Assembly (NCBI GenBank): GCA_963663235.2
Contig: CAXXNO010000004.1
Coordinates: forward strand, 608,001 to 672,000
Source of the DNA: Dehalococcoidia bacterium
GTDB lineage: Bacteria; Chloroflexota; Dehalococcoidia; Bin125
DNA: 64,000 nt
Direction of reading: 5' to 3'
This document shows, in pieces, positions 1 through 9,686 of the stretch. The notes below the pieces were generated by a model, which made no database searches, was not told where the DNA came from, and worked only from the letters and a program-made list of their open reading frames with translations. Position numbers and translations under genes: made by a program. Numbering within the stretch: the first letter of the stretch is position 1; each line of letters begins with the position of its first letter.

Positions 1-1
1 C

Positions 2-904
2 GAGTTCCTGGATCCCTACCGGGCTGCTCGGATCGGGCAGCAGTTGGCCACAACGGCCCCCGCCTCCCCGGAGGCGTGCCGCGCCTTGCAGTTGGATCGC
101 TGCTCGCTGCCGATGCTGGCGTTTCGCGACCATTTGCTGGCCGTTTCACCGCAGGACGAGACGGAGCGGTTCCTGCTCGCCCGGGTGCGCGACTGGGACG
201 GCGCTATGGAGCCATCATCGACGGCGGCGGCCGTCGTGGGCGCCACCTTCGCCCGTCTCTTGGAAGACGTGCTGCGGGCCAAACTGGGCGGCGCCACGGC
301 GCTCTTCCTCTCCGGCGGCCACGCGCTTCCGACCGTCAATCCCATCCTGGCGCGGGGGGCCTCGTTGATCGTGTCCCTCTTGGATGAGACGCCCCAGGAC
401 TGGTTCGGTCCGGTGGCGGGCTCAGTCGAAGGTCGGGCGGTCTGGGCGGCGGCGCTCACCCGCGCCTTCCGCGATGCGCAGGCGCTGCTGCGGGACCGTC
501 TGGGCAAGGATCCCACTCGGTGGACCTGGGGCCGTTGCCGTCAACTGACCCTCAGCCACGGTCTGGGCTCCGCGCCGCTGCTGTCGCGATGGCTCAACGT
601 CGGGCCGTTCCCCTACGGCAGCGACGCGAACACGCTCTGCCAGGGCGGTCCGCTCTCCACCGACCCGTTCGCCCCTATCACGGTCATCCCTGTCCTGCGC
701 TTGGTGGTGGAGATGGCCCCCGAGCCCCGCGCGGAGTTCGCCCTGGCGGGCGCGCAGTCGGAACGCCGTGGCGATCGGCGGGGGCGCGCGCTCTTGGACG
801 ACTGGCGGCACGGCCGCTACCGGCCGCTCCGCACAGATCGCGGCGCGATCGAGGCGGCCGGCGCTGAGCGCCTCCTGCTCCAGCCGGGCGCTAGCGGCCG
901 CTGA
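2..904 (+). CDS. Penicillin acylase / Ntn-hydrolase family protein, C-terminal part (5' truncated by window)
   Basis: Frame open from base 2 (EFLDPYRAARIGQQLA). Contains DWDG, WTWG..R.LTL.H.LG and the GQS-like AGAQSE...LLDDW..GRY.PL tail typical of penicillin amidase beta chains. Confidence 0.8.
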   Translation, partial: EFLDPYRAARIGQQLATTAPASPEACRALQLDRCSLPMLAFRDHLLAVSPQDETERFLLARVRDWDGAMEPSSTAAAVVGATFARLLEDVLRAKLGGATALFLSGGHALPTVNPILARGASLIVSLLDETPQDWFGPVAGSVEGRAVWAAALTRAFRDAQALLRDRLGKDPTRWTWGRCRQLTLSHGLGSAPLLSRWLNVGPFPYGSDANTLCQGGPLSTDPFAPITVIPVLRLVVEMAPEPRAEFALAGAQSERRGDRRGRALLDDWRHGRYRPLRTDRGAIEAAGAERLLLQPGASGR

Positions 905-1700
905 AGACCGGCGGCCGCTTCTCCGTATAGGCGCGCACGGCCTCGCGATGATCCTCGGTGTGGGCCGTGATCGCCTCCCAGGCCAGCCCCACGTCCAGCA
1001 CCGTCTCCGCCTGCTGCTTGAGCAGCTTGTTGACGGCGACCTTGGTGGCGCGAACGGCGAACGGCGCCATCCCCGCCAGGCGGTTCGCGACCTCCATGCT
1101 GAAGCGCTCGAGGTCGTCCTGCGGCACCAGGTGGTTGACGATGCCGAGACGCAGCAACTCGTCGCCGGCGATCAACTCGCCCGTCATCAACAGCTCCTTG
1201 GCCTTGTTGACCCCCACCAGCATGGGCCAGATCACGCAGCCACCGTCCCCCGCAACCAGCCCCACGTTGACGTGCGTGTCGCCGATGCGCGCTTTGTCTG
1301 ATGCGATCACCACGTCGCACAGCAACGCGATCGTGGCGCCCAGGCCCACCGCCGGACCGTTGACCATTGACACGATGGGCTTCTGCAAGTCCAGGAGGGT
1401 GTGCACGATCTCCTGCGCCTCGGTGCGCACCGTGCTGAACGCTTGATCCAGGACGCTTTGCCCGCTGCCGCGCTGCTCCATGCCTTGGATGTCGCCGCCG
1501 GCGGAGAACGCGCGTCCCGCCCCTGTCAGCACCACCACGCGCGACTCTTCGTCCTGGTTGGCGTCGCGGAACACGCTGGCCAGCTCCGCGTGCAGGGCGG
1601 CGTGGATGGCGTTCAGCCGCTCGGGCCGGTTCATTGTGAGGATGAGGATCGGACCCTGGCGGCTGATCTGGATGAATTCGTAGCGGCTGAAGTCGGGCAT
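891..1700 (-). CDS. Enoyl-CoA hydratase/isomerase (crotonase) family
   Basis: MNRPERLNAI, AFSAGGDI, VNGPAVGLG, EDHREAVRAY.EKR.P.F.GR. Start trimmed to the ATG at 1700 behind a GGAGG RBS. Confidence 0.92.
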   Translation of the reverse strand: MPDFSRYEFIQISRQGPILILTMNRPERLNAIHAALHAELASVFRDANQDEESRVVVLTGAGRAFSAGGDIQGMEQRGSGQSVLDQAFSTVRTEAQEIVHTLLDLQKPIVSMVNGPAVGLGATIALLCDVVIASDKARIGDTHVNVGLVAGDGGCVIWPMLVGVNKAKELLMTGELIAGDELLRLGIVNHLVPQDDLERFSMEVANRLAGMAPFAVRATKVAVNKLLKQQAETVLDVGLAWEAITAHTEDHREAVRAYTEKRPPVFSGR

Positions 1701-1816
1701 GGTGAGCCTCCGCGGTGAAATCGGTCCCCGGCTGTGGGGCGCGCGACGCCGGTCGGCGGCGCTGCCTGAGCAGCCTAGCCCGTCGGTCAAGCGATGTCGG
1801 CGCTAGAATCGGCCCG

Positions 1817-2548
1817 ATGGCTTCCGCCGCGCTCTCCGTCGATGCCTCGATCGCCCGGCTCGATCTCGCCGGCCCGCTAGACGCCGGCCTGGTGAACCGG
1901 CTGGCGGAGCTCTGCGCGCGCGTCGCGGATGATGAGGCGGTCCGGGTCCTGGTGCTGAGCGCCGATGCGGCGACGTGGGCCGGTTGGTCGGCGCAGGCGC
2001 TCGACCGCGCGGCGGCGGACGGGCTCATCGGCGATCCGCTGCGGCCCCTCGCCGATCTCCCCCAGCCGACGATCGTCGCCCTCGCCGGGACCGTGCGCGA
2101 CGGCGGCTTGGAGCTCGCCCTCTGCGCCGACCTTCGGGTGGCGGGCGTCGGCAGCAGCTTCGCGCTGGCCGCGACCGAATCGCGAGCGTGGCCGATCGCC
2201 GGCGGGTTGCAACGGCTGGCGCGCTTGGTGGGCCGGGCGCGGGCGCAGGAACTGGCGCTGCTGGGGGACCCCATCGACGCCGCCACCGCGCTCCAGTGGG
2301 GCCTGGTGAGCGCGGTCGCGGACGATCCGCCGGCCGAGGCGCTCCGCCGCGCCGCCCTCCTGGCGGCCCGCGGCCCCATCGCTATCCGCTTGGCCAAGGA
2401 GGCGGTCCGGCGCGGCGCGGAGATGCCGCTGGACCAGGCCTTGCGCTATGAGACCGACCTCACCGTCCTGCTCCAGACCACTGAAGATCGGGCCGAGGGG
2501 GTGAGCGCCTTCCTGGAGAAGCGCGCGCCCCATTTCCGGGGTCGCTAG
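1817..2548 (+). CDS. Crotonase family protein (degenerate N-terminal motifs)
   Basis: GGLELALCADLRVA, GGLQRLARLVG, EDRAEGVSAFLEKRAPHFRGR. ATG 1817 lies 7 nt after TAGAAT. Confidence 0.88.
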   Translation: MASAALSVDASIARLDLAGPLDAGLVNRLAELCARVADDEAVRVLVLSADAATWAGWSAQALDRAAADGLIGDPLRPLADLPQPTIVALAGTVRDGGLELALCADLRVAGVGSSFALAATESRAWPIAGGLQRLARLVGRARAQELALLGDPIDAATALQWGLVSAVADDPPAEALRRAALLAARGPIAIRLAKEAVRRGAEMPLDQALRYETDLTVLLQTTEDRAEGVSAFLEKRAPHFRGR

Positions 2549-2563
2549 CTCCGGGGTCGCTAG
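2535..2563 (+). repeat. 15-bp-period tandem duplication including the stop codon
   Basis: TCCGGGGTCGCTAG at 2535-2548 and 2550-2563. Confidence 0.85.
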
Positions 2564-2644
2564 TTTCGCTCAGTCGGCCCATGCGAGAAGATGCAAGGCG
2601 GCCCGCTCCACTACCCTGGGGCTGGTGCGGGCAGGGAGGCGAGC

Positions 2645-2893
2645 ATGCGCATCATTCTGGACGAGGAGGAGGCCTGGTCGCTGGCCTCGCTGGTCGTCGC
2701 GCAGGTGCTGGATCAGGTGGAGCTCTCGGTCGATACCGCCAAGGCCATCAAGGAATGGCGGCGCCAGCGTGAGGAGGGCACGGAGCCGATGCTCGCCCTC
2801 GCCTTCGGCATGAACGAGGCCCTCGGCAACAAGATCGATGAGCAGACGACGCGCGCGGTCCGCCGCCGCGACTACTACCGCAAGATCTACTAG
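2645..2893 (+). CDS. Small hypothetical protein (82 aa), paralog of next ORF
   Basis: GGGAGG RBS before ATG 2645, high-GC3 codon usage, aligns by eye with 2935..3177. Confidence 0.8.
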   Translation: MRIILDEEEAWSLASLVVAQVLDQVELSVDTAKAIKEWRRQREEGTEPMLALAFGMNEALGNKIDEQTTRAVRRRDYYRKIY

Positions 2894-2934
2894 ACGCTTT
2901 CGCGGGCGGACAACTGCGCTGGACGGGTGAACGC

Positions 2935-3177
2935 ATGGTCAAGATCGCTCTGGAGACGGACGAGTGCTGGGAGCTCATGTCGTGTGTGTTCAATCGCCTG
3001 CTGGATGAAATCGAGATCGACAAGAGCGATCGCGCCAAAATGCGGCGCTGGAAGTCGGGCGATATGAAGGCCGGCGGCGACGAGCTGCGCGCCCTGCAGG
3101 AGAAGATGAACGAGGACCTCGCCAAGCTCTGGCAGTCGCGCCTGCGCCGCCCCATCAAGCGAGGCGACCAGCGCTAG
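2935..3177 (+). CDS. Small hypothetical protein (80 aa), paralog of previous ORF
   Basis: Shares the I.L...E.W.L.S.V....LD..E ... W ... G ... L...MNE.L pattern with 2645..2893. Confidence 0.8.
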   Translation: MVKIALETDECWELMSCVFNRLLDEIEIDKSDRAKMRRWKSGDMKAGGDELRALQEKMNEDLAKLWQSRLRRPIKRGDQR

Positions 3178-3181
3178 CCCC

Positions 3182-3934
3182 ATGACGGAACAGGACAGCG
3201 CCCCGCTCCTCTATGAGAAGCGCGAGCCCGGCGTCGCCTGGATCACGCTGAACCGCCCCGACACGCTCAACGCCATCAACCTGGCCATGCGCGACGACCT
3301 CTGGACTTTCCTCCACGCCGCCCGCGAGGACCCCGACGTGCGCGTGCTCTGCTTCCGCGGCGCTTCGCCGCGCGCCTTCTCCGCCGGCGCGGATCTCACC
3401 GAGTTCGGCACGGCGCCTTCGCCCTGGGCTGCCCGTCGTGCCCGGCAGGAGCGGGACATCTGGGCGCTGCTGGAGGGCCTGCCACTGGTCACCATCGCCG
3501 CGCTGCACGGCTACTGCTACGGCGCTGGGGCCGAGTTGTCACTCTTCTGCGATCTCCGCATCGCGGCGGACGATGTCCGCATCGCCCTGCCGGAGGTGAA
3601 GCTGGGCTACATTCCCTCGGCGGGCGGGACGCAGTTGCTCCCGCGCATGATGCCTCCGGGAATCGCCTTGGATCGGATCCTGAGCGGGGAGGAGATCTCG
3701 GCGCAGGAGGCGCTGGCTTGGGGTCTGGTCAACCGCGTGGTGCCCCGCCACGATCTCGATGCGACCGTGACCGAGATCGCGCGCACCCTGGCCGCCCGCG
3801 ATCCGGCAGTCCTCGATGCGATGAAGCGCGCCGTCCGCGACGGCTTGGACCTCCCGCTTCACGCTGCCATCCACCGGGATGCGCTCACCGCGCGCCTCCT
3901 GCGGGCCGGGACTGGACAGACCGCCTCCGCCTGA
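3182..3934 (+). CDS. Enoyl-CoA hydratase/isomerase family
   Basis: TLNRPDTLNAI, RAFSAGADL, GAGAEL, LPEVKLGYIP.AGGTQLLPR. Confidence 0.92.
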   Translation: MTEQDSAPLLYEKREPGVAWITLNRPDTLNAINLAMRDDLWTFLHAAREDPDVRVLCFRGASPRAFSAGADLTEFGTAPSPWAARRARQERDIWALLEGLPLVTIAALHGYCYGAGAELSLFCDLRIAADDVRIALPEVKLGYIPSAGGTQLLPRMMPPGIALDRILSGEEISAQEALAWGLVNRVVPRHDLDATVTEIARTLAARDPAVLDAMKRAVRDGLDLPLHAAIHRDALTARLLRAGTGQTASA

Positions 3935-3993
3935 CGACCATTACGGGCGGCGTCGACCGCCACGATGCGGCCGGCGCGCCGGGAGCTGCGCTG

Positions 3994-5556
3994 ATGAACA
4001 CCGCCGAGTTTCTGGACATCTCCTCCGCCGTGGTGCCGGATCGCCCGGCCTTGATCTGCGGGGAGACGCAGCGCACCTACATGGAGATGGCCGCCGAGGT
4101 GACACGCCTCGCCAACGCTTTCCAGGCGCTGGGCTTGGGCAGAGGCGACCATGTGGGCGTGCTCGGCCTGAACTCCGCCGAATACGTGATGATCTACTAC
4201 GCCGGCGCCAAGCTCGGGATCGTCCTCGTTCCGCTGAACTACCGCGCCAAGCACGAAGAGCTCACCTACATGATCAGCACCGCCGAGGTGAAGGCGCTCT
4301 TCGTGTCGGACCGCTATGCCGAGCTGCTGGAGGGACTGCGGCCGCAGCTGCAGTCCCTCGTCCACTGCGTGACGATCGAGACGGCGCGGGACGGCATGCT
4401 GCACTACCCCGATCTCGTCGCCGGCGGCAGCGATGACTTTGTCTTCGCCGAGGTCGACGACGCCGATCCCACGATCCTCATGTTCACCTCCGGCACCACC
4501 GCCGCGCCCAAGGGCGTGGTGGTCTCCTACCAGGATTTCACAGTCTACGTCACCAACACCATGGCCCCCGCCGACCCCGAGGCGCCCAACGATCGCACCC
4601 TGCTCAGCGTGCCGCTGTTTCACATCGCCGGCGCCACCGCCATGATCTCCTCGATCTGGGGCGGCCGGACGCTGGTGCTGCTGCCCCAGTTCACGCCGGA
4701 GGGCTGGATCGAGGCGGTGGACGGCCGCGGGGTGACGCACAGCATGGTGGTGCCCACAATGCTCAAGCGCATCATGGACGCGCCGCAGTTTGCGGACTTC
4801 AAGGGAGAGGCGCTCCGCCTGATCACCTACGGCGCGGCGCCCATGCCCTATGAGGTCGTGCGCCGCGCCATCAACGTGTTCGACTGCGACCTGATGAACG
4901 CCTACGGCCAGACGGAGTCCACCTCCACCGTCACCTTCCTCGGCCCCGACGACCACCGCCTGGACGGAGCCCCGGAGGAGAACGACCTCAAGCTGAAACG
5001 CCTCCGATCCGTGGGCCGCCCCATGGAGGACGTCACCATCACCATCCAGGACCCTGACGGCAACATCCTGGCGCCCGGCGAGGAGGGCGAGATCTGCGTG
5101 ATGTCCGATCGCAATATGGCCGGCTACTACAAGCAGGACGACGCCACCAGCGAGGCCATCCGCGAAGGCTGGCTGCACACCGGCGACGTCGGCTACCTGG
5201 ATGACGGCGACTACCTCTTCATCACCGGCCGCACAAAGGACCTGATCATCCGCGGCGGGGAGAACGTCGCTCCCGGCGAGATCGAGCAGGTGCTGGAGGA
5301 TCACCCCGGGGTCGCGGAAGCGGCCGTCATCGGTGTGCCGGATGCCGAGTGGGGAGAGGTCGTCAAGGCGATCATCGTCCCGGTTGCCGGTCTGGAGCCG
5401 ACGCTGGACGATCTCGTCGCGTATGCCAAAGACCGGCTCGCTAGCTACAAGGCCCCCGCCTATGTTGCCCTGGTCCAGGAGCTGCCGCGCAATGACATGG
5501 GCAAGCTGCTGAAGAACGATCTCCGCAAGCTCCACGGCGACGCGGACTCCAACTAG
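3994..5556 (+). CDS. Long-chain acyl-CoA synthetase (AMP-binding)
   Basis: FTSGTT..PKG, AYGQTE, GWLHTGD, GRTKDLIIRGGENV, C-terminal GKL. Start at ATG 3994. Confidence 0.93.
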   Translation: MNTAEFLDISSAVVPDRPALICGETQRTYMEMAAEVTRLANAFQALGLGRGDHVGVLGLNSAEYVMIYYAGAKLGIVLVPLNYRAKHEELTYMISTAEVKALFVSDRYAELLEGLRPQLQSLVHCVTIETARDGMLHYPDLVAGGSDDFVFAEVDDADPTILMFTSGTTAAPKGVVVSYQDFTVYVTNTMAPADPEAPNDRTLLSVPLFHIAGATAMISSIWGGRTLVLLPQFTPEGWIEAVDGRGVTHSMVVPTMLKRIMDAPQFADFKGEALRLITYGAAPMPYEVVRRAINVFDCDLMNAYGQTESTSTVTFLGPDDHRLDGAPEENDLKLKRLRSVGRPMEDVTITIQDPDGNILAPGEEGEICVMSDRNMAGYYKQDDATSEAIREGWLHTGDVGYLDDGDYLFITGRTKDLIIRGGENVAPGEIEQVLEDHPGVAEAAVIGVPDAEWGEVVKAIIVPVAGLEPTLDDLVAYAKDRLASYKAPAYVALVQELPRNDMGKLLKNDLRKLHGDADSN

Positions 5557-5590
5557 GGAGCGCGGTCGCGGACGCCGGGAACGGACGCCG

Positions 5591-7795
5591 ATGAGGAAGC
5601 CGCGCCTGCGCGCTGCCCGACGCCGCAGACGGCCCGCTGCCGCCGAGGGCAAACGGACCCTCGGGCTGGCCATTCCCCTCTGGTTGCCCGTCGGCGGGCT
5701 CTTGCTGGTGGCGGCCGTGGAGACCGGCCGCATCGACGGGCCCCATCGCGATCTCTTCTTCAACATCGATCATTTCTGGATCCTCTACGCCCTGCTCCCC
5801 CTCCTCGCTGCGGTGATCATCTACGGCCCCCTGCGACGCTCCCGCGTCTGGCGCCTCGGCCGGCCCGAGTTCAAGCTGGACCACCCCCGCCAACGTTTCC
5901 GCCTCATGCTGCGCGGCGGCTTCGGCACTCAGCGCGTCCTCAACGACCCCTACTCCGGCGTGATGCATCTCTGCTTGATGTCCAGCATCGTGGTGCTCTT
6001 TCTCGTCACCGCGCTGCTCGCGCTGGATGACTACCTCCCGGACGAGCACGTCCGCATCCTTGTGGGCGACCGCTACCTGGGCTATTCGCTGGTCGGCGAT
6101 CTCTTCGGCATCGTGGGACTGGTCGGCGTCGCTATGGCGGTGGCGCATCGCTGGGTGCGGCCGCGCACCCGCTTGGAGATGCGTTGGGAGGATTGGGCCA
6201 TCGTCGGGGGCTTCGGGCTCTTGCTGGTCACCGGCTTCCTGGTTGAGGGGCTGCGGATCGCCGCCTCCGAGATCGCTGAGCACGAGAGCTGGTCCTACTG
6301 GTCGCCGGGCGGCTGGGTGGTGGCCAAGATGTTTAGCACGGCCTCCACCGGCTACCTGCTGGACTTCCACAAGGTGCTCTGGTGGTTCCACATGGTGCTG
6401 GCGCTCGGTTGGCTCGGCTTGCTCGGCTTCACCAAGCTCAATCATCTCGTCTCCGCGCCGGTGAACGCCTTCCTCAAGAGCACCGAGTCCCCCGGCAAAC
6501 TGCCCCTGATCGCCAACATCGAAGAAGCGGAGCACTTCGGCGCCGCCAACCTCTCCCACTTCACCATGAAGCAGCTCTTTGAGCTGGATGTCTGCGTCCA
6601 CTGCGGCCGCTGCACGGCCGAATGCCCGGCCGATATCGCCGGCCAACCGCTCTCGCCGATGCACATCATCCTCAACTTGAAGGACCACGCCACCGACGTG
6701 GGCGAACGCATGGCCGCCAACCGAGCGCAGGGTCGCCCGCTGGACGCCGGTCTGGAGGACGCCCCGGCTATGGTCGGCGACGTCATCAAGGATGAATCGC
6801 TCTGGGCCTGCCGCACCTGTGGCGCCTGCGTGGAGGAATGCCCGGTCTTCATCGAGCACATCCCCACCATCGTCGACATGCGTCGCAACCTGGTGATGGA
6901 GGAGGCGCGCATGCCCGAGTCCGTGCAGAGCACGCTGGAGATGCTGGAGCGGCAGGGTCACCCCTGGCGCGGCACTGCCTACACGCGGGAGTCCTGGATG
7001 GACGGGCTCGATGTCCCCCTCTGGACGGGCGAGCAGGAATACCTCTTCTTCGTCGGCTGCTCGGGCGCGCTCGTCGACCGCGCCCAGGCGGCCACGCGTT
7101 CGGTGGTACGCCTCTTGCGCCAGGCGGGGCTCTCCTTTGGCGTGTTGGGCGCCGGCGAACTCTGCAACGGCGACCCCGCCCGCCGCCTGGGCAACGAATA
7201 TCTCTTTCAGATCCTGGCGAAGCAGTTGATCGGCGCGCTCGATGGCGCGGGCGTGACGAAGATCGTGACCCACTGCCCCCACTGCTTCAATACGTTCAAG
7301 AACGAATATCCGGACCTGGGCGGCCGCTACGAGGTAATCCACCACTCCGTGCTCTTGGAGCGCTTGCTCGATGAGGGAAAGCTCGTACCCAAGACCGGAG
7401 AGGCGCAGACCGTGACCTTCCACGACTCCTGCTACCTCGGCCGCCACAACGACATCTACGACGCCCCCCGCCGCATCCTGGAGCGCATCCCCAACGTCAC
7501 CCTCGTGGAGATGCCGCGCAACCGCGAGCACGGGCTCTGCTGTGGCGCGGGGGGCGGCAACATGTGGATGGAAGAGCAAGGCCGGGAGCGCGTGAACGAG
7601 GTGCGCGTGCGGGAGGCGGTCGAGACCGGCGCCGACAAGGCCTGCACCGCCTGTCCGTTCTGCATCCAGATGTTCGACTCCGGCATCCCCACGGTGCAGA
7701 TGGACGTCGATCCGGCCCAGCGCCTCGAAGTCTTCGACGTCTCCGAATTCCTCGATGTCGCCACGCCGGACGATGCGACCCCGGAATCCGGCTGA
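5591..7795 (+). CDS. Membrane-bound Fe-S oxidoreductase, FadF / heterodisulfide-reductase-related (TM helices, 2x 4Fe-4S, CCG domains)
   Basis: CVHCGRCTAECP, CRTCGACVEECP, FVGC, CPHC, FHDSCYLGRHN, CCGAGGG, ACPFC. N-terminal hydrophobic helices. Adjacent to etfBA. Confidence 0.9.
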   Translation: MRKPRLRAARRRRRPAAAEGKRTLGLAIPLWLPVGGLLLVAAVETGRIDGPHRDLFFNIDHFWILYALLPLLAAVIIYGPLRRSRVWRLGRPEFKLDHPRQRFRLMLRGGFGTQRVLNDPYSGVMHLCLMSSIVVLFLVTALLALDDYLPDEHVRILVGDRYLGYSLVGDLFGIVGLVGVAMAVAHRWVRPRTRLEMRWEDWAIVGGFGLLLVTGFLVEGLRIAASEIAEHESWSYWSPGGWVVAKMFSTASTGYLLDFHKVLWWFHMVLALGWLGLLGFTKLNHLVSAPVNAFLKSTESPGKLPLIANIEEAEHFGAANLSHFTMKQLFELDVCVHCGRCTAECPADIAGQPLSPMHIILNLKDHATDVGERMAANRAQGRPLDAGLEDAPAMVGDVIKDESLWACRTCGACVEECPVFIEHIPTIVDMRRNLVMEEARMPESVQSTLEMLERQGHPWRGTAYTRESWMDGLDVPLWTGEQEYLFFVGCSGALVDRAQAATRSVVRLLRQAGLSFGVLGAGELCNGDPARRLGNEYLFQILAKQLIGALDGAGVTKIVTHCPHCFNTFKNEYPDLGGRYEVIHHSVLLERLLDEGKLVPKTGEAQTVTFHDSCYLGRHNDIYDAPRRILERIPNVTLVEMPRNREHGLCCGAGGGNMWMEEQGRERVNEVRVREAVETGADKACTACPFCIQMFDSGIPTVQMDVDPAQRLEVFDVSEFLDVATPDDATPESG

Positions 7796-7876
7796 CCCGC
7801 TTCGATTGATCCCGCGTCCGCCTCGGGCGACAATCCGGAGGCGCTCGCAAGACGGACGCAACAAAGGAGTGCCGCC

Positions 7877-8680
7877 GTGGACGCTGTCGTCTGCGTGAAG
7901 CAGATCCTGGACCCGGAGATGCCCGCCTCCGCCTTCAAGGTGGATGAGACGACCATGACCGTCGTGCCGCCGCCGGGCGTCCAGCCCGTGATCAGCCCCT
8001 TCGACGCCCAGGCGCTCGAGGCCGCCCTCCAGCTTCGCGACGCCGCGGGCGCCGGCGCCATCAGCGTCCTCTCCCTGGGGCCGGATTCCGCCCGCGACGC
8101 CATCAAGCACGGCTTGGCCATGGGCGCCGACGAGGGCTACCACCTCAACGACCCCGCCTTCGAAGGGGGAGACGCCTGGACCACGGCGTTGGCGCTGTCG
8201 AAAGCCATCGAGAAGATCGGCCGGCCGGACGTGCTGCTCTTCGGCCGCCAGGCGGCCGATTGGGACCTGGGGCAGACAGGCAGCATCGTGGCCGAACTGC
8301 TTGACCTGCCCTCCGTGACCGTTCTCCGCTCCGTACAGTGGAACGACGGGCGCATCACCGCTTCCCGCGTCGTGAGCGACGGGTTCGAGACCGTGGATGT
8401 CTCGACTCCCTGCGTGCTCACCATCAGCAATGAATTCGGCGATCCCCGCTACCCGCAGCTCCGCCAGATCATGCAGGCCGCCAAGAAGCAGGTCACGATC
8501 TGGGGCCCGGCCGACCTCGGCCTGGACCCGGGCGCGGTCGGCGCCGCCGGCGCCCGCACGAAGATGGAGGCGTTCTTCGTTCCCGAGCACGAGGCGCAGT
8601 GCGAGTTCGTCGAAGGCGATTCACCCGAAGAGATGGCCCAGAACCTGGCGCAGAAGCTGCGCCAGGCCAAGATCATCTGA
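7877..8680 (+). CDS. etfB: Electron transfer flavoprotein beta subunit
   Basis: VCVKQILDP, PFD..ALEAAL, AMGAD, GRQAAD.D.GQ, PRYP. AAGGAG RBS. Confidence 0.93.
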   Translation: MDAVVCVKQILDPEMPASAFKVDETTMTVVPPPGVQPVISPFDAQALEAALQLRDAAGAGAISVLSLGPDSARDAIKHGLAMGADEGYHLNDPAFEGGDAWTTALALSKAIEKIGRPDVLLFGRQAADWDLGQTGSIVAELLDLPSVTVLRSVQWNDGRITASRVVSDGFETVDVSTPCVLTISNEFGDPRYPQLRQIMQAAKKQVTIWGPADLGLDPGAVGAAGARTKMEAFFVPEHEAQCEFVEGDSPEEMAQNLAQKLRQAKII

Positions 8681-8705
8681 CGCTGCCCAGGACGAAGGAG
8701 CAACA

Positions 8706-9686
8706 ATGGCAAGTGTCCTGGTCCTTGGCGAAACGGCGGATGGCGGTTTGACGGCGCTCAGCGCGGAATTGATCGGCGCCGCCTTCCGGCTCAGCGGCGA
8801 CCTCGACGGCGGCGTCTCTTGCGCGCTCATCGGCAGCGGAACGGCGGACGCCGCTCCGGCCGCCGTGGCGGCAGGCGCCGACACCGTCTATGTCGTCGAT
8901 GACTCTGCCCTCGCGCAGTATCAGACGGAGACGTTCGTCCCCGTCGCAGCGCAGATCGTGGAGCAGGACGCGCCCCAGGTCGTGCTCATGGGCCAGACCA
9001 GCATCGGCCGCGACGCCGCCCCGCGTCTCGCCACCCGCCTCGATACCGCCGCTGCCATGGACGCCGTGGAGCTGTCCGTGGACGGCGGCCGTGTGCGCGT
9101 CACGCGCCCCTGCTTCGGCGGCAACGCGCGCCAGGTGGTGACCATCGCCACCGCTCCCCAGGTGGTGACCGTCCGCGCCAAGTCGCAGGATCCGCTGGAG
9201 CCGGACCCCACGCGCACCGGCGCCGTCACCCAGGTGGCCGTGGACCTGGTGTCGCCGCGCGCGACGGTCACGGCCAAGGAGGAGGCGCAATCAGAGGGCG
9301 TGCCGCTGAACGCGGCGGACATCGTGATCGCTGGGGGCCGCGGCCTCGGCGCGCCTGAGGCGTTCCATGACCTGGAGGAGCTGGCGCAGATCATGGGCGC
9401 CGCCGTCGGGGCCAGCCGCGCCGCCTGCGACTTGGGCTGGTACCCGCCCAGCCAGCAGGTCGGGCTGACCGGCACCGTGGTCTCACCGACGCTCTACCTC
9501 GCCATCGCCATCAGCGGCGCCAGCCAGCACATGGCGGGCTGCGGCGGCAGCAAGAACATCGTCGCCATCAACAAGGACGTCGACGCCAACATCTTCGGCT
9601 TCTGCCGCTTCGGCGTGGTCGAGGATTATAAGAAGGTGCTGCCGGCGCTCACCGACGCGATCCGTCGCTTGCTGGCCGTGCGTTAG
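8706..9686 (+). CDS. etfA: Electron transfer flavoprotein alpha subunit
   Basis: AGGRGLG, GASRAA, QVGLTG..V.P.LY.A..ISGASQH, AINKD. AAGGAG RBS before ATG 8706. Confidence 0.95.
   Translation: MASVLVLGETADGGLTALSAELIGAAFRLSGDLDGGVSCALIGSGTADAAPAAVAAGADTVYVVDDSALAQYQTETFVPVAAQIVEQDAPQVVLMGQTSIGRDAAPRLATRLDTAAAMDAVELSVDGGRVRVTRPCFGGNARQVVTIATAPQVVTVRAKSQDPLEPDPTRTGAVTQVAVDLVSPRATVTAKEEAQSEGVPLNAADIVIAGGRGLGAPEAFHDLEELAQIMGAAVGASRAACDLGWYPPSQQVGLTGTVVSPTLYLAIAISGASQHMAGCGGSKNIVAINKDVDANIFGFCRFGVVEDYKKVLPALTDAIRRLLAVR

Noticed and set aside
5569-5590. CGGACGCCG direct repeat before the Fe-S oxidoreductase
   Set aside because: 9 bp of GC-rich sequence, two copies. Not distinguishable from background.
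5441-8590. Very long antisense ORFs (also 12464..15178, 26715..29912, 3859..5766, 60012..61811)
   Set aside because: Shadow frames opposite well-supported genes. High GC3 suppresses stops, and the translations show no family motifs.
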